Assembly: GCF_011386835.1 (NCBI RefSeq)
Contig: NC_088792.1
Location: 172,856,001 to 172,920,000 of the forward strand
Origin: Chrysemys picta bellii
Taxonomy: Eukaryota
Reading direction: 5' to 3'
DNA length: 64,000 nucleotides
Shown here: piece after piece, positions 37,799 to 50,488 of the stretch
Position numbering within the stretch: the stretch's first letter is position 1
Layout of the letters: each line of letters begins with the position of its first letter
Made by a program: the position numbers and the translations under genes
Notes under the pieces: model-generated
The model's input: the letters and a program-made list of their open reading frames with translations, nothing else
Database searches by the model: none
Told to the model about the DNA's origin: nothing

Positions 37799-38372
37799 CA
37801 GAGGTGAAAGTAAGCTGGTACGCCCCGGTACGGCGTATCGGGAAGAGCCGGTGCACCATACCAGGGCGGATCAGCTTCCCCTGGAGGCAATTTAAAGGGC
37901 CCGGGGCTCCCAGCAGCAGCTGGAGCCCCGGGCCCTTTAAATTGCCACCAGAGCCCAGCTGCCAGAGCCCTGCGGTAGCGGTGGCGGGGCTCTGGCGGTG
38001 ATTTAAAGAGCTAGGGGCTCCTGGCTGCCGCTACTGCAGCAGAGCCCTGGGCCCTTTAAAGCTCTGCCAGAGGCCAGGTCCCCCTCCGATGGTGATTTAA
38101 AGTGCCCGGGGCTCTGCTGTGGTAGCAGCAGCTGGAGCCCTGGGCCCTTTAAATCACCCCCGGGGCTCTCAGCCACCTCTGCAGCTGGTAGCTCCAGGGG
38201 TGATTTAAAGGGCCTGGGGCTCCCAGCTACTGCTACCACAGCCCCAGGCACTTTAAATCCTGATTTAAAGTGCCTGGGGATTTAAAGTACCTCCCAGTAG
38301 AGGCCACGCCTCTTCTGACTTGAGGTCCTCCCGCCCCCCAAGGACTCCGGAGTACCGGTAAGTCCTTTAAGT
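37799..38372. mobile_element. Non-autonomous hAT-like element with internal array of palindromic units; right TIR lost
   Basis: Starts cagaggtgaaagtaa; repeated tttaaagggcccggggctc / gagccccgggccctttaaa units; ends at gtaccggtaagtcctttaagttac. Confidence 0.8.
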
Positions 38373-40336
38373 TACCACATACCAAATGGACAGTTAATTT
38401 GGATTTCCAGCTGCTACTGGGTACTGTGAAGTCTTTATGAAGGCATTTGTCCTTTCAGGAGGGAGGCCTGCTGCAAAGAATGCAGTGGGTATAACTGGCC
38501 AGGAACAAATCTCAAGAAGTTTCAAAGTCTGGATCTGGAGAAGTACTAGAAAGTTTGGATCTAAATCTTTGTGGCACTGAGACCTACCCCTCCAATATTC
38601 CCCAGACAGCTCCCATTCTCTCAACAGGCCCTGGTTCCCCACTAGCTTCATCATTTTGATGGGGGAGAAGAGGAATTATGAAAAGAAATGTCATGCAGCT
38701 AACTAGCTTTATGCCCATGTCAATATATGGCTTTGCTCTTCGGAAAGAGATCAGAGGGATCTAAACAGCCCATGCCCCATTCTGACGTCCATTTTCTTCT
38801 GTAGAAAGCAGGTGTTTCTGGTCTGCTGCTGACAGACACAGGGTGTTCTGCTGGCTCTCACCATCTTCTAGTTTAAAAGGCACACTCTGCAGAACAGTGT
38901 GAGCTCAGGAAATCCTTCCTTTCCCTCTTGCAAGAGCTGCTGATTGTGTGGAAAAGAAGGGAAGGCCTTTCAAATAGCATCAGGTACTCTCGGGGATCTC
39001 AAATTTTAAAGGGAAAGACCAACAAAAGCCAATGGAATAATTACTTGATTCCGTTCACTGGTCTAGAGCAGGCACTAGGCCAGCCAAGCTGTCCCCAGAA
39101 ATTGAGATCTACAGTGATTGATTTATAGGTGACACCACAGCAGGGGAATGGGTCACTCACTCAGATGCTCCCTAAAGAGAAAAAGCAGTCACTGGAGTGG
39201 AGATCAGGCCCCCGGATCTACTCCTTTCCATGACAGGATTACACAGAAGTATCACCAGAAATGTTGCTAGGCATGGACAATCTTTATTCTAAAATTGGGT
39301 AATTTATATTGTATTGTATGTTTTGCTAAACCTTTTATTATCAGCTGCTTGATAGTAATATTGCTGGTGGCTGAAGAAAACCAATACTCCCACAATGGAC
39401 AAATAATTTAAGAAAACTGGCAACTGTAGCCATGCAAAAAAAACCCCAAAACCCAAAATAAACAAAACAAAACAAAAAAACCACCACAACAACCAACCAG
39501 CCTAAAGAAAAAAACAACCTTGCAACAAAACCCTTGGATGGCGGGCTACACTGAATTACTAAAAATTACTAAAAAACTGAGTTACTGAAAGAGGCCCCTT
39601 CCAGGGGTGTTATCCTCCACTTATAAATTATTTTGTAAGCTGGTCAAAAACTATTGCCCAGAACACTGCATCTGCTACTCCACTGCTGAAAATAGCACAT
39701 GCCCAACACGGCCAAACCACCACCACACATTAAGATAAATGTATTTTAATCAGAGAGAAGGGGGATGTGTCTCTTTGAACATGGAAACAAACGGATAAGA
39801 GAGCACTTAGGATTTTAAAGCTTGAGACTCACTGAATTAACTACCCGCAGTTTCACAGTTGCATTGACATAATCCGTGATGCTTGTGCATAACCAAAGAA
39901 GCAATCAGAACAAAAATGGCCTTGGGAACTCCGCTCTATTAGAAATGCAGATATACCCCGGCCTCTTCAATACATTCACCCTCACAGGAAAAGGACAAGA
40001 CTGATAGGGAGAAGGTGATGTTCAAGCTTCTAAGACAACATTACAAACAAAGGAGCATGAAAAATAATTAAACTATACAAGTGTTTCAAACGGTTTCTTT
40101 AAATAAAAAGTGCTTGACACCAACACACCAGTACAATTGGCTGAGAAAAGCAACTGCCAGCTTTTGGGAGGACCTTGTATTTCAGCAATGCATGAAACCC
40201 AGAACAGATCATGTCTGTTACTCTTTCCACCATTTAACTGCTGATTTTGGTCGGGTGATTGGAATAAGTAGAGTGGCTGTTTCCTCGGGCTCACTTTTGG
40301 CTCAATGCTGGGAGGTGCTGAGCGAAGAGTCAAGGG

Positions 40337-41330
40337 CAGGCCTACAACTTTGTCATGGAGGTCACGGAAATCATGAATTTCAATAAAGTCTGTGAAATCT
40401 TGGCTATAAAGACACATTTGATTAGGCGGCCAAAGTGAGTGATGGTGTCACCTGCTGCATGGAGTCATGGCACTACTCAGGTTTGGCCTGTCTGCCCAGC
40501 CATAGATGGAGAGGTGGATGGGCTAGAACTGAATAGCTCTATGACCCTGTGAGCTAGATCACAATGCCCGGTCCTGCAGGATAGGCGCCCCCCTGTGCGG
40601 GTTGAGTGCGGGCGGGGCTTGCTCTCTAACCCCCTTCCTCACGCCAAGCTTCACTTTTCAGTAGCCACATTAAACTCTTGTGTACAGTAGAACCTGAGAG
40701 TAATGGACACCTCGGGAATGGAGGTTGTTTGTAACTCTAATGTTCGTAACTCTGAACAAGCCATTATGGGATGCTCCTCAGGGCGGACTGCTCCGAGTGG
40801 GGGCGGGGCAGGCAGCTGGCTCTAGCCCCCTGGCTGCAAGGGTGATGAATGAGGCACCCTGGGGCACTGCAGTGTCAGTGGGTGCACAGTGCAGGCTGTG
40901 GCCCTTTAAAACTGACCTGCTCCTCCGGAGCACAGCGTGTAGGCAGGAGCTTGGGCTCCGGCTCCAGCAGCTTACACTTCAGGCCTGGTTTCAGTAGCAG
41001 CTCAGGAAGTTTCTTTCCCAGGCTCTGAGCTTGCAAGCTTGTCCCTGTCCTAGCCAGGGGGGAGGGAGAAGGGAAAACAGCATTCACCACCTCGTACCTG
41101 TAAGTGGCCCCGTGCCATGGTGAGTAGGGGGTGGGGGTGGGCACAGGCAACCCAGATGTGCCTACCTTTAAGATGCAATACAGGCACAGTACAGTACTGT
41201 ATTTGCTGGTTGGTTGGTTGGTCTCTCTCTGCTGCTGTCTGATAGTACCTTTTCCATGATTTATCTTTTTCCCCCCTGAATCTCTACCATGAAATTTACT
41301 AAAAATGTCCATGCCAAAATTGTAGCCTTA
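40337..41330. mobile_element. Non-autonomous hAT element, 994 bp, carrying a Tigger-type fragment
   Basis: TIR caggcctacaactttgtcatgga / tccatgccaaaattgtagcctta; TSD GTCAAGGG / GTTAAGGG; TA-cagtagaacct Tigger-like end at 40685. Confidence 0.82.
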
Positions 41331-42020
41331 GTTAAGGGTAATCAGCACCTCTTAAAACTGGGCCTGCAAGGGTAGAGACTGAGGATTGTTGCTTTTAACC
41401 TTCCGTATTTTGTAGAGATCAACTTAGGGCCAATTTCTGAATTCCAGATAACAGAAACTGACAATACTGACACAGATCACAGTAATTTGGACAGCAGTGC
41501 TTGGTTTTAATATTGTCCTAGTGACTAGAACAGAACCATTCACTAATATCACTGGAGATTAGAATTCAATGAGCAGATGCAGCTTCATCTTCAAAATCCT
41601 CCTTCAAAGAGACAAGTCAGCAGGCAGCCCACCACAGGCAGGAAAAACAACATCATGTGTACTATGTCTGAATTAAAAAGCAGGGAAGTTCTGTACGGTA
41701 ATTAAACTACAGACCAGATAGCGTAGAGCGTAAAAAAGACAGTACGGTTGTACTGATTAATCATTGATGATCCAATAAGAGACAAGTCAGCATATGAAAA
41801 TGAATGAAAAATACCTGCAAAATATTTTTCCATTTAGAAATTAAGAAGTGTAATGATTGCTAAAAGGTAAACACACAGATGGAAAAGGCAATTCAAATCT
41901 TTACTACCAGTCTGCAAGTAAATAAGACAATTTTTTAAAAAGAGAGAGACTCATTCAGAATAAGAAAAATCTTTTAAAGATGGTCTTCAGAATCCAAGTA
42001 AATATCATGGGTAAACACTA

Positions 42021-42327
42021 GGGCCACATTTTTCAAAAACTCAGGCCAACTCTAATCCTACAAACTCTTACACAGCTAAGTAACTTTCAATTTAATCGAT
42101 TATTCACAAAAGTAAAGCTACACTGATGCAAAGTATTTGCAGAATCAGGGCCTCAGATGTTTAAATCTAAGTACCCACCTCTATATTGAGGCACCTAAAA
42201 CAAGTGCCCAGCTGTTCAAAGGTGCTGTCCATGGAAGCTTCAGGATCTCAAGTAATTTTGGAAACTCATTTCTGTGCCTAAATGTTGAGTTAGGTGCCTG
42301 ACACCTAAGTCTGAACACTTTGGTCTA
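42021..42327. mobile_element. Two adjacent short palindromic MITEs
   Basis: gggccacattttt...gcagaatcagggcc, followed by an element with ggcacctaa / ttaggtgcc arms. Confidence 0.55.
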
Positions 42328-42792
42328 TTTATTTATTTTGGCATATTATAGCAGATCCAATTTCCTGCTAAAATACTGAACAGTCTTCCAAGAGGCAGTC
42401 ATTCATTCTCACTAAACCTTTTGAAAACATTAATACTATATATACACAATTTATTTCAATAAGGAAGAGAAAACTCAATCACCGCAAAGAAATTCTCAGT
42501 ACCTTCCAATTTTAAATGATGATGGAATACTTACTTAGGATACAACTCAAAAGAATACCCCTAAGAGGAACATTTTCAGAGAATTCCTTCTCTTTTCTGC
42601 TTTAAGCTGAAAAGGTTTGAGACCACGGGATCAGCAATCAGTCTATTTCTGGAAAGGTTTCAGACGGAGCATATCCCTACAGAAACAACGTTGTTCTAGT
42701 TTGTGAAGCATACACACCCACCCATCTGCTGTCACTATCTTTTCGCCATTACCCCATTTAGCCCCTCTTACTAAAAACTTAGGAGTTAGGTG

Positions 42793-43855
42793 TGTGATGC
42801 TCTGGGATTCAACCCAGACCAGTAAGGGCTTTTGTCGCCACCTGCCTTCCAACTCTTGGTGTCTTAAATGCTGTGGCTCACAGCCCTGACACCAAGAGCT
42901 ATTTATAAGCATGCAGGTCACACCCTGGCTTCCACCACCCAGTTACTTTTTTTCAAAATGACCCCAACACCCTCCCAGTCACAAATTTCCTCAAAACCAC
43001 CTGCCCTTCAGTGTCCAGCCCTTGTGGAACACTCCCAGAAATCGTTCAGTTCATTGCTCCATTAAAGAGACAATACACTGCAGCTCATTAATTTAACTGG
43101 GGTTTGAGAAACACTCTTAGTTCAATCACAGCACTCAACTGGTTTATAGTAAAAGTAAAACAAATGTATTTAACAAAAGGACATAGGATTAAGTGATACC
43201 AAGTATAAGGAATAAAGATAGAAAGGGTTGCAAGCAAACAAATATGCTTCTAATGGTAAAACAATTTCAGCAAGTTACAATCTTTGTCCTGGCTGATTTC
43301 TCACCTAAACTCAGTTCCCAGAGACTTCAACCCCATTGGTTGAAGGAGCCAGAGCTCTGGCCCCATGAAGCCCTTAAGTAATAGCTTTTTCTTATGTCGT
43401 CCCAAAGCTCATTGACCTTGCTTCAAGAGGCAGGAAGTGCCCCCAGGGGCTCAGCTTGCTGTGTCTATCAAGGAGCTGATGCCATTTTAATCTTTGCAAT
43501 CTCCTCCCCCCCATCTCCCCTATCACTAGATTAATGGCTTCAGTCACCTTTTATGTAAATGTACCTTCATTGTTTCTTCCTGATGAGCTGGGTGGTCAGA
43601 CAAGCAAATACACATTCCTTTGTCTAGGGCAGACTGTGCTGCTTGCCAAACACATTTTAAGAACATAACTCTTTGTACACAACCCATACCTACACCACAC
43701 AATGATGTTCAGGACCAGCGTGTTACCACTTTATCTTACATGACACCTCTTAGACACAGATTATGACAACAGTGTGTTAGGTGAAGTGAATATGTCAGGC
43801 CTGACAAGAATTGCTGACACTGAGCAGTGAACAACCTATGGGTCTCTGTGTCACA
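42793..43855 (-). mobile_element. Solo LTR (~1060 bp), same orientation as SLC22A23
   Basis: TGTGA...TCACA termini; U5-like sequence on the left and U3-like AT-rich sequence on the right; TSD not clearly preserved. Confidence 0.78.
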
Positions 43856-44859
43856 ATGAGATCATTGAGCAAACGGATATTTTTATAGGAAGAAACATTA
43901 CTACCTCTGATGAGTGAGACCCCAATTAAAATATAATGCATATAAACTGTACAAGGCCTAGAGTTTATTTCTAATGCTTTTGCCCTGTACTATAGTTGGT
44001 ATTTAGTACTAAACTTTATGTGGGGTTCAACTCCATCTTTCTCTCCTTGATTTCACATATAACACAGTAGATTTATTATATGCAGTTAAATAAATAATAA
44101 TGACCTACATTTATACTACACCCCTCATCCCCAAAGGACCCGAATACCAATGATCCTGTTTCTGAAATATAGAAGAATCACTTTACCATCTGCTGAAATG
44201 CTGCCACTACCATTACATAATACTACAGCTGTTTACCAAAGTGCAGCAACACCTATTTTTAATACTGCTTAATTTAAAAAGACAAATATGTTACTGATAA
44301 AAATATGAAATATAAAAATATGATTGACTACATTCTACTGCATGCAGAATTGTTTTACGGATTACAATGCCTAACAGCTGACAATACTATTATCGTATGT
44401 GGAGCTGATACACTAGTTTTTGATTCATTTGACCAAAAAAGTTAGTTTGTTACTTTGGGTGTGGGTGAAGGAAATCTGAAAACCAAACCTCCAACCCACT
44501 TGAACGACCTTCAGATCTCAGGCAAATATTTTGCAGGGGAGGAGGAAAAAGGAGAAAAAAATTCTTCATACCAAACTCTTTAATTATTTTTTTTAAATTA
44601 TGTAAGATAATTCAGTACATTTAATTGATGAAAGAAAAATAGAGGTTGACATAAATCTCACACCAATGGGTTATTGATTCTTCAAACATGCATGTGTGTT
44701 TATAGAGGCAGAACATATGTATATCTGCACCACCACCACACACAGGCGCACCTGGGCATAGACTTTCCACATCCATAATGTAGTGAAGATTGATATCCCT
44801 TACTGACAACATCCTCTATCAAAACACTACCACGTTTTCCGGCTTTGAACGAGCAGTCG

Positions 44860-44910
44860 ATTCATAAGTTCCAAGGCCAGAAGGGACCACTGTGATCTAG
44901 TCTGACCTAA
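44860..44910 (-). mobile_element. CR1 3' tail remnant
   Basis: gattcataagttccaaggccagaagggaccactgtgatctagtctgacc is the reverse complement of the CR1 3' end. Confidence 0.7.
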
Positions 44911-45396
44911 ATTCTGGTCTCTTCCCTTGATTAAAAATGACAGTGAAGGAACTAGCCTGCCAAGAGAGTAGAAGGAAAAGAGATTGGGAGAAAAGACAAC
45001 AGGAGAACCTGTATCTAATAATAGACCCATTTTGCCCTCACATAACCAAGGCCACAACTTCTGTGCCACATGTTGCAGCCCATTTCAACAATGAATGCTT
45101 GCTTTTAAAGGTGAACAGCAAAGCTTTACAAAAAGTGTTGAAAGCGTTTAAGTTCCCACAATATACAGTATGAGTGAGTTACAAACTATGGAGGACTTTT
45201 GCTTCCTGTCAAGAACAGCACCAGGGATTCTGCTTTCACTGCAATGGTTGGCCTCACAAACACTGGAAATAGCACTTCCCCCTACAATCTTCTAGGCATC
45301 TGAGATATCATCCATTGCTGCAAGTAAAATGGAGAAGAATCCTCAATGCAGGTCTTGGCAGCTAAGGGAAGGAGGAATGGATTTTCAAATGTGTGT

Positions 45397-45767
45397 AAAG
45401 AGAACAGGAGTACTTGTGGCACCTTAGAGACTAACAAATTTATTTCAGCATAAGCTTTCGTGGGCTACAGCTCACTTCTTCAGATGCATAGAGTGAAACA
45501 CACAGACAGAAGATATTTATACATACAGAGAACATGAAAAGGTAGAAATACACATACCAATTGTAAGAGGCCAATCAATTGAGATGAGCTATCAGTAGCA
45601 GCAGAAGAAAAAACTTTGAAGTGATAATCGAGATGACCCATAGAAGGTGTGAGGAGAACTTAACATGGGGGAAAAAAAATTCAATTAGTGTAATGACCCA
45701 ACCATTCCCAGTCTCTGTTTAGACCTAAGTTAATTGTGTTTAATTTGCATATTAATTCGAGTTCAGC
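45397..45767 (-). mobile_element. Penelope-like element 3' fragment, family B (inverted relative to 23854-24203)
   Basis: Minus strand encodes AELELICKLNTINLGLNRDWEWLGHYTN* (GLNRD C-terminal motif) followed by the terminal repeat; flanked by the 9-bp direct repeat AATGTGTGT (45388-96, 45768-76). Confidence 0.9.
45448..45487 (-). ncRNA. Minimal type-I hammerhead ribozyme motif with intact core
   Basis: Minus strand GCAU-CUGAAGA-A-GUGAGC-UGUA-GCCCAC-GAAA-GCUU-AUGC; all core nucleotides (CUGANGA, GAAA, CUU) present; one A-C mismatch in stem II. Confidence 0.78.
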
Positions 45768-47953
45768 AATGTGTGTTCTCTCATATGCATTTGTGTTTTG
45801 TTTTAAACCTTGCACCTAGATTTCTTTAATCATATGGGAACTTTAAGTGATTTTAGTGGACTATGACTGCAAGAGATTCTTGAATGCAAAGGATTGGGGA
45901 AAAAAAGACAAATGTTCATATGAACCACTCGCTACATTGATATTACATTAAAATTAGTCCCTATAATATAGTCTTTGTGGTCAGTAACTGAGAACCAAGA
46001 ACTCTCCAAAGACTAATGAGGTTTATATAGGATTATAGCAAAAGGAAGCAATAGCTAAAGAGCTCTGTTAGCAAATTAAATTCTCTATCACTGAAAAGCA
46101 TATTCCACACAAGAAATCTGTTACACACTGCTATTAGAATTCCAAATGAATATTTCTGTGTTGGAGCTAATGTAATATGCTAGGAAACCTTAAGTGGCTT
46201 AACATCTTCAGGATGAGAGAAGGGAAGGCAATAGCTAAACAATTTCTTAGTATATTTACAATGCTGGCAGTGAAGCAAACCTCAAGAACCTATTATATTA
46301 AAAAATGAATGCATACCAATTTGCAGCTATATATTTTGTATCTAATACCAAGGAGTATAATTGAGACTAACAAGCAATCTTCAAGGATGAGTAGCTTCAC
46401 TTTCCTCTCATCTAATTTCCACTTTCATTAAGTTTGAGCTACTTTCTTTGGTGTTTGCTTCTAACCCTAGCCTTGGCACGCAGAATTCTCGAAATGCTAC
46501 AGTAACTGAATTCAGAGCAGTATTCAGTGGGTTTGTTTGTTTGAAGTTTATCCTCACAAAAGCCAAGTCTCTGTTGTTCAGTATATGAGCCTACAACCAG
46601 AAGAGAGGTAAGAACCTGATGATTCCCTAGGGATTTAGCCAAGGGATGCTATTAGATTAACGTTACTAGGAAATTATCAACATCGGGACAGAATCCAAAC
46701 TGGGTCAGAATTAAAGGGATATATTCCAAGCTGCTTGTTCTGTATGTAGGACCTCCTTTCAGCTAGGAGATTTTTCACAGAGGATCCCCTCTCCTCACCT
46801 TATTAAATGAAAAGGAAGTTAAAAAGAGATAGCCATTTGAGGAAAAACAATTTTTCCCTCTCTGATCTGATTTTGAGACAGTCTCTTATATGTGAAATCT
46901 GAAAGCAAGGTGATCAAGTAAAAGCTTTAGATAGGTTCCTTTACTACCACCCCCTCCAACACACCACTCAAAATCAAGTTTGATCTATAAGAAGATAGCT
47001 TGTGACATTATTTCAGTGAGGCAGAACCTATCTATCTCCTAAAGTGAAAGGAGTTGCTAAATTGAAACAAAATACACTTAGCTTGCTATTTCCTCATGAG
47101 GAAATACTTGTCATAAAAGAAAAACAATAAAAAGTGGCTGGATGAGATGTGACATCTCATTTGTCACCCAACATCTTCCCTTTAGGGCTGTCTGTCTGGC
47201 CGGTCTGTTGGTCTCTCTCTCTCTCTCTCCCTCTCACACACACACTTTTGTTTCATTTTCAAGTGAGATTTTTGTTCCTTGATTTTAAATCTAAATTTTC
47301 CACAAAAGCATTAAACATGTTCCAATATTATTTCCATGTAATATTTCAAATACAAACAATTTTGCTAGAAGTTTATCATGGAAATAAAATTGGAGTTTTC
47401 CCACTAGCTTTAATATATTCAAATATACACACTGATGCTGACATTTTCCCTCTGCATTCCTGACACAGAGGAATGATTTGTGATCTCCTGAGAGATTTAT
47501 TCACACATCTCCTAAATGCAAAAGCCACATTTCCACCTGGTCTGAAAATTGCAACCTTGACACAAAAGGTCTGCATAGCCAGTATCAGTGAAACCAGTGC
47601 AACATCCTAGATTTAGCTTTTATTCTGTTAAAACAATGTTTTATTTTTTTTAAATCAGATTCCTTGGGGAGGGATTCACTTGTATGAATAACAGCTTTTG
47701 AAACACCATCAATTCTAACCTTCTGACATGCTAAGAGCATTCCTGACATTTGTGAAGATGCCAGATAATACATGAAAACCCCACTCTATTTTCAAACATG
47801 CCCCTGTTATTTCCTTTTTGTTTCCAAGAAGCTGTGATTCAGAAAAGAAAGAATGGAAACTGGAATTTTTAGAGATCCTATGGGAATTAGGTTCCACTAA
47901 AATTACCAGCCTAAATAAGTAAAAGGACAAAGGCAACGTGGTTGGCTGTACAC

Positions 47954-48880
47954 TAGGGTGACCAGACATCCGTTTTTTAAAGGGACCGTCCTGTATATAA
48001 GCCCTCCTGCAGGTGTCCTGACTTTTTCTTAAAAATGGGCAAATTGTCCCGTATTTTCTGTCCTCCCTCCCCCCCACCCCTACCAGTACTGATGGGTCCT
48101 GGTGCTGGCTAGTTCCCTGCTCCCCAGCCAGTTGCCCACCAGCGGTGAGTGTGTATGTGGGGGGGGGGGGGGGAGGAAGTGGGGGATCAAGTGGCTAATG
48201 ATGGGGATGGGTGTGCGGGGCTGGCTGCTCCCCCTGCTGGTCCTTCAGAGCAGCCCCCGCTGTGTGCCCGCTCTCAGCCAGCTGGGCCCCCGTCCCATTT
48301 CCAACTGGCACTGGCTGCGTGCTGTGAACTGCGGTGGCTGGTGAGTGTGGGCAGGCGCCAGGCAGTTACATGTTGCCTCTGCTGCTCACCCAGCAGCCCT
48401 TTATGTGCTTCCCCTCTCACTATCCTCTCCCTGCTTTGCCCCCCCGCAGGGCACGTCCTGCTCCCAGCGCTGTGCAGAGAACCACCCCTTGGTCAGAGCA
48501 CTCAGCTCACGAACAGCCTGGCCAGCAGACTCCTTCCTTCCCCCACTGCCTCTAGTTGGGCCGGAGCCCGGGAAAGCCCAAGACCCTCCAGCCCGGGGCA
48601 CTGGCCAGGAGGAGCTGAGCCCTGCATGTGCCAAAGACCTGCACAGCACTGGCACAGGGAAGCCTCTCTGCCTCTTGGCTAAGCTCTGGAGTGGTGGTGG
48701 TGGTGGTGGTGGGAAGCGATTTCCAGCCTGTTCATGCCCCAAACCTGCAGGCTCCACAACAGGCCCTGGGGAAGGGCTTAGCACCCTCTCCCCCCCCCCC
48801 CCCCCAGGAGCGTGGGGCTGCTCTGTCCTCCACTATGCAGTATTTCTCTTTAACAGGGGCTCAGTCAACTTGATGTTACT
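47954..48880. mobile_element. GC-rich non-autonomous hAT-like element, right end truncated
   Basis: Starts TAGGGTGACCAGACATCC with tgtcccg subterminal motifs; no matching right TIR or TSD found. Confidence 0.72.
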
Positions 48881-50488
48881 TGTTACAGATACAGGTAGAC
48901 AAAACAAAAGAGACACATTCTAGAGTGCCTCAATTCAGCAGGCAAACTATACAAATATAGTGACTTACAAGTGCATTACTACTCTGACAAGTGACCTTAT
49001 TAAAAATAATAGTATAGTGGACTTCTACAACTTGCTCTAGTTAAATTGATCCATAACAGATTTGCTCAATTTTCAAGTAAAAAGACATTTGTCTTACTCC
49101 CTGCCCTGTAAATTCAGCCTGGGATGTGACAGTCAAGCTGGGTCCTTTGTAGATCATGAATCAATCACAATAAATGATTTTGCAGGCCAGATGTTGCCAT
49201 TAGTTAGATGTGAGCATTACAAGCAAGGAACTGCAACCCCTTATTACGTAGGCAACAGCTGTTTTCCAGACAAACATTTGAAAAAAGTGGCTTTGAATGG
49301 GTAGTATGCCATTTCTTAGCACAGCTGAGAAATGCCCTGGCAGAATTAATGTTATAGTCTCCAAGAAATGTCTGAGCCAGATGTGCACTTGTAGAAAAGA
49401 ACTGGCTTTCAGAAACTTATATTAATCTCTAGGTTATCTTCTTTTCCCAAGGAATCAGTACACTAGTAGAAAGATCAAATATCTTAAAGAGAAAGAATGG
49501 GAACATTCTCAAGTAATATTTTTCCCCAGTACATTGAATAAATTTACTTTTAGCTCAATACAACAAAAAGCATATCTATGGATGTCACTGGGATTAGTAC
49601 AGATACACCATATTGGAGAAAAACCCTTACATAAAATATTCCACATTAATGGTCCAAACCTCCTCATCTTCCACTAGTGCTACTGTTTTGGATTTGTACT
49701 GTAGAATATTATACTGTATAGTATATTTATATATAAGTATCTCACACACAGAGTTACAAAGTCCACCACTCTTTTATAGCAGTTTTCTGATCATCTTCTC
49801 AATAGCCAGAATGGTAGTTTTATGGCATTGCAGCAGGATCAAGAAATGCTGGTCTTTCTATACCAACACTAGGCCTTATTACCATTAAATGAGGGTTAAA
49901 CCTGAACTCTTAAATAAGGGAAAGCATTTTTGTGTAAAGTTTTTTTTCACCCTCTGGGTAACAGGAACTGTGTGGTAGATAAATGAGTAAAACTGAAGCC
50001 AGGGAAAAGGTAGGCTTGGTCTATGAATGTGCGAATGCTTCAATGTGAGCAATAGAGTGCTCTTGTTCAGTTAGAAGTTTTTGGTTTACTCTACATCCGT
50101 TATACACTTATATGGAACAGCCTTACCCATGGGGAACACCTCAGAAAGAGGTTATGGCCTGGTTTACGGATGTGGTCAGCACCCCCAGCTGAACAAGGCG
50201 CTTGAGGTGCTTAGAATCTCAAATTCATACTATTAGATTCACATTATGAGCATCACACCAAAACTCAGGTGCAGAACATAGGTACGTAAAATTTGTTGTT
50301 TTCTTCTGGAGTTAACCGATATGCCTGCTTGGGGCTTCAGAAACACTCTACAGATAATGGCAGCTCTCAGCTTTGCCAAGGACTACGTTCGGTCTTCAGA
50401 TATGTACAGAAAATCTGAAGGGAATCAAAGGACAGCCCTGAGCCATAAAGACCCAACTCTGGTACTATGTTGTCCACTTCAAATCCTC

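Noticed and set aside
40073-40417. ORF containing WVSCIAE, reminiscent of SLC22A23 ITGCIADW
   Set aside because: No further similarity and no fitting splice sites; coincidental.
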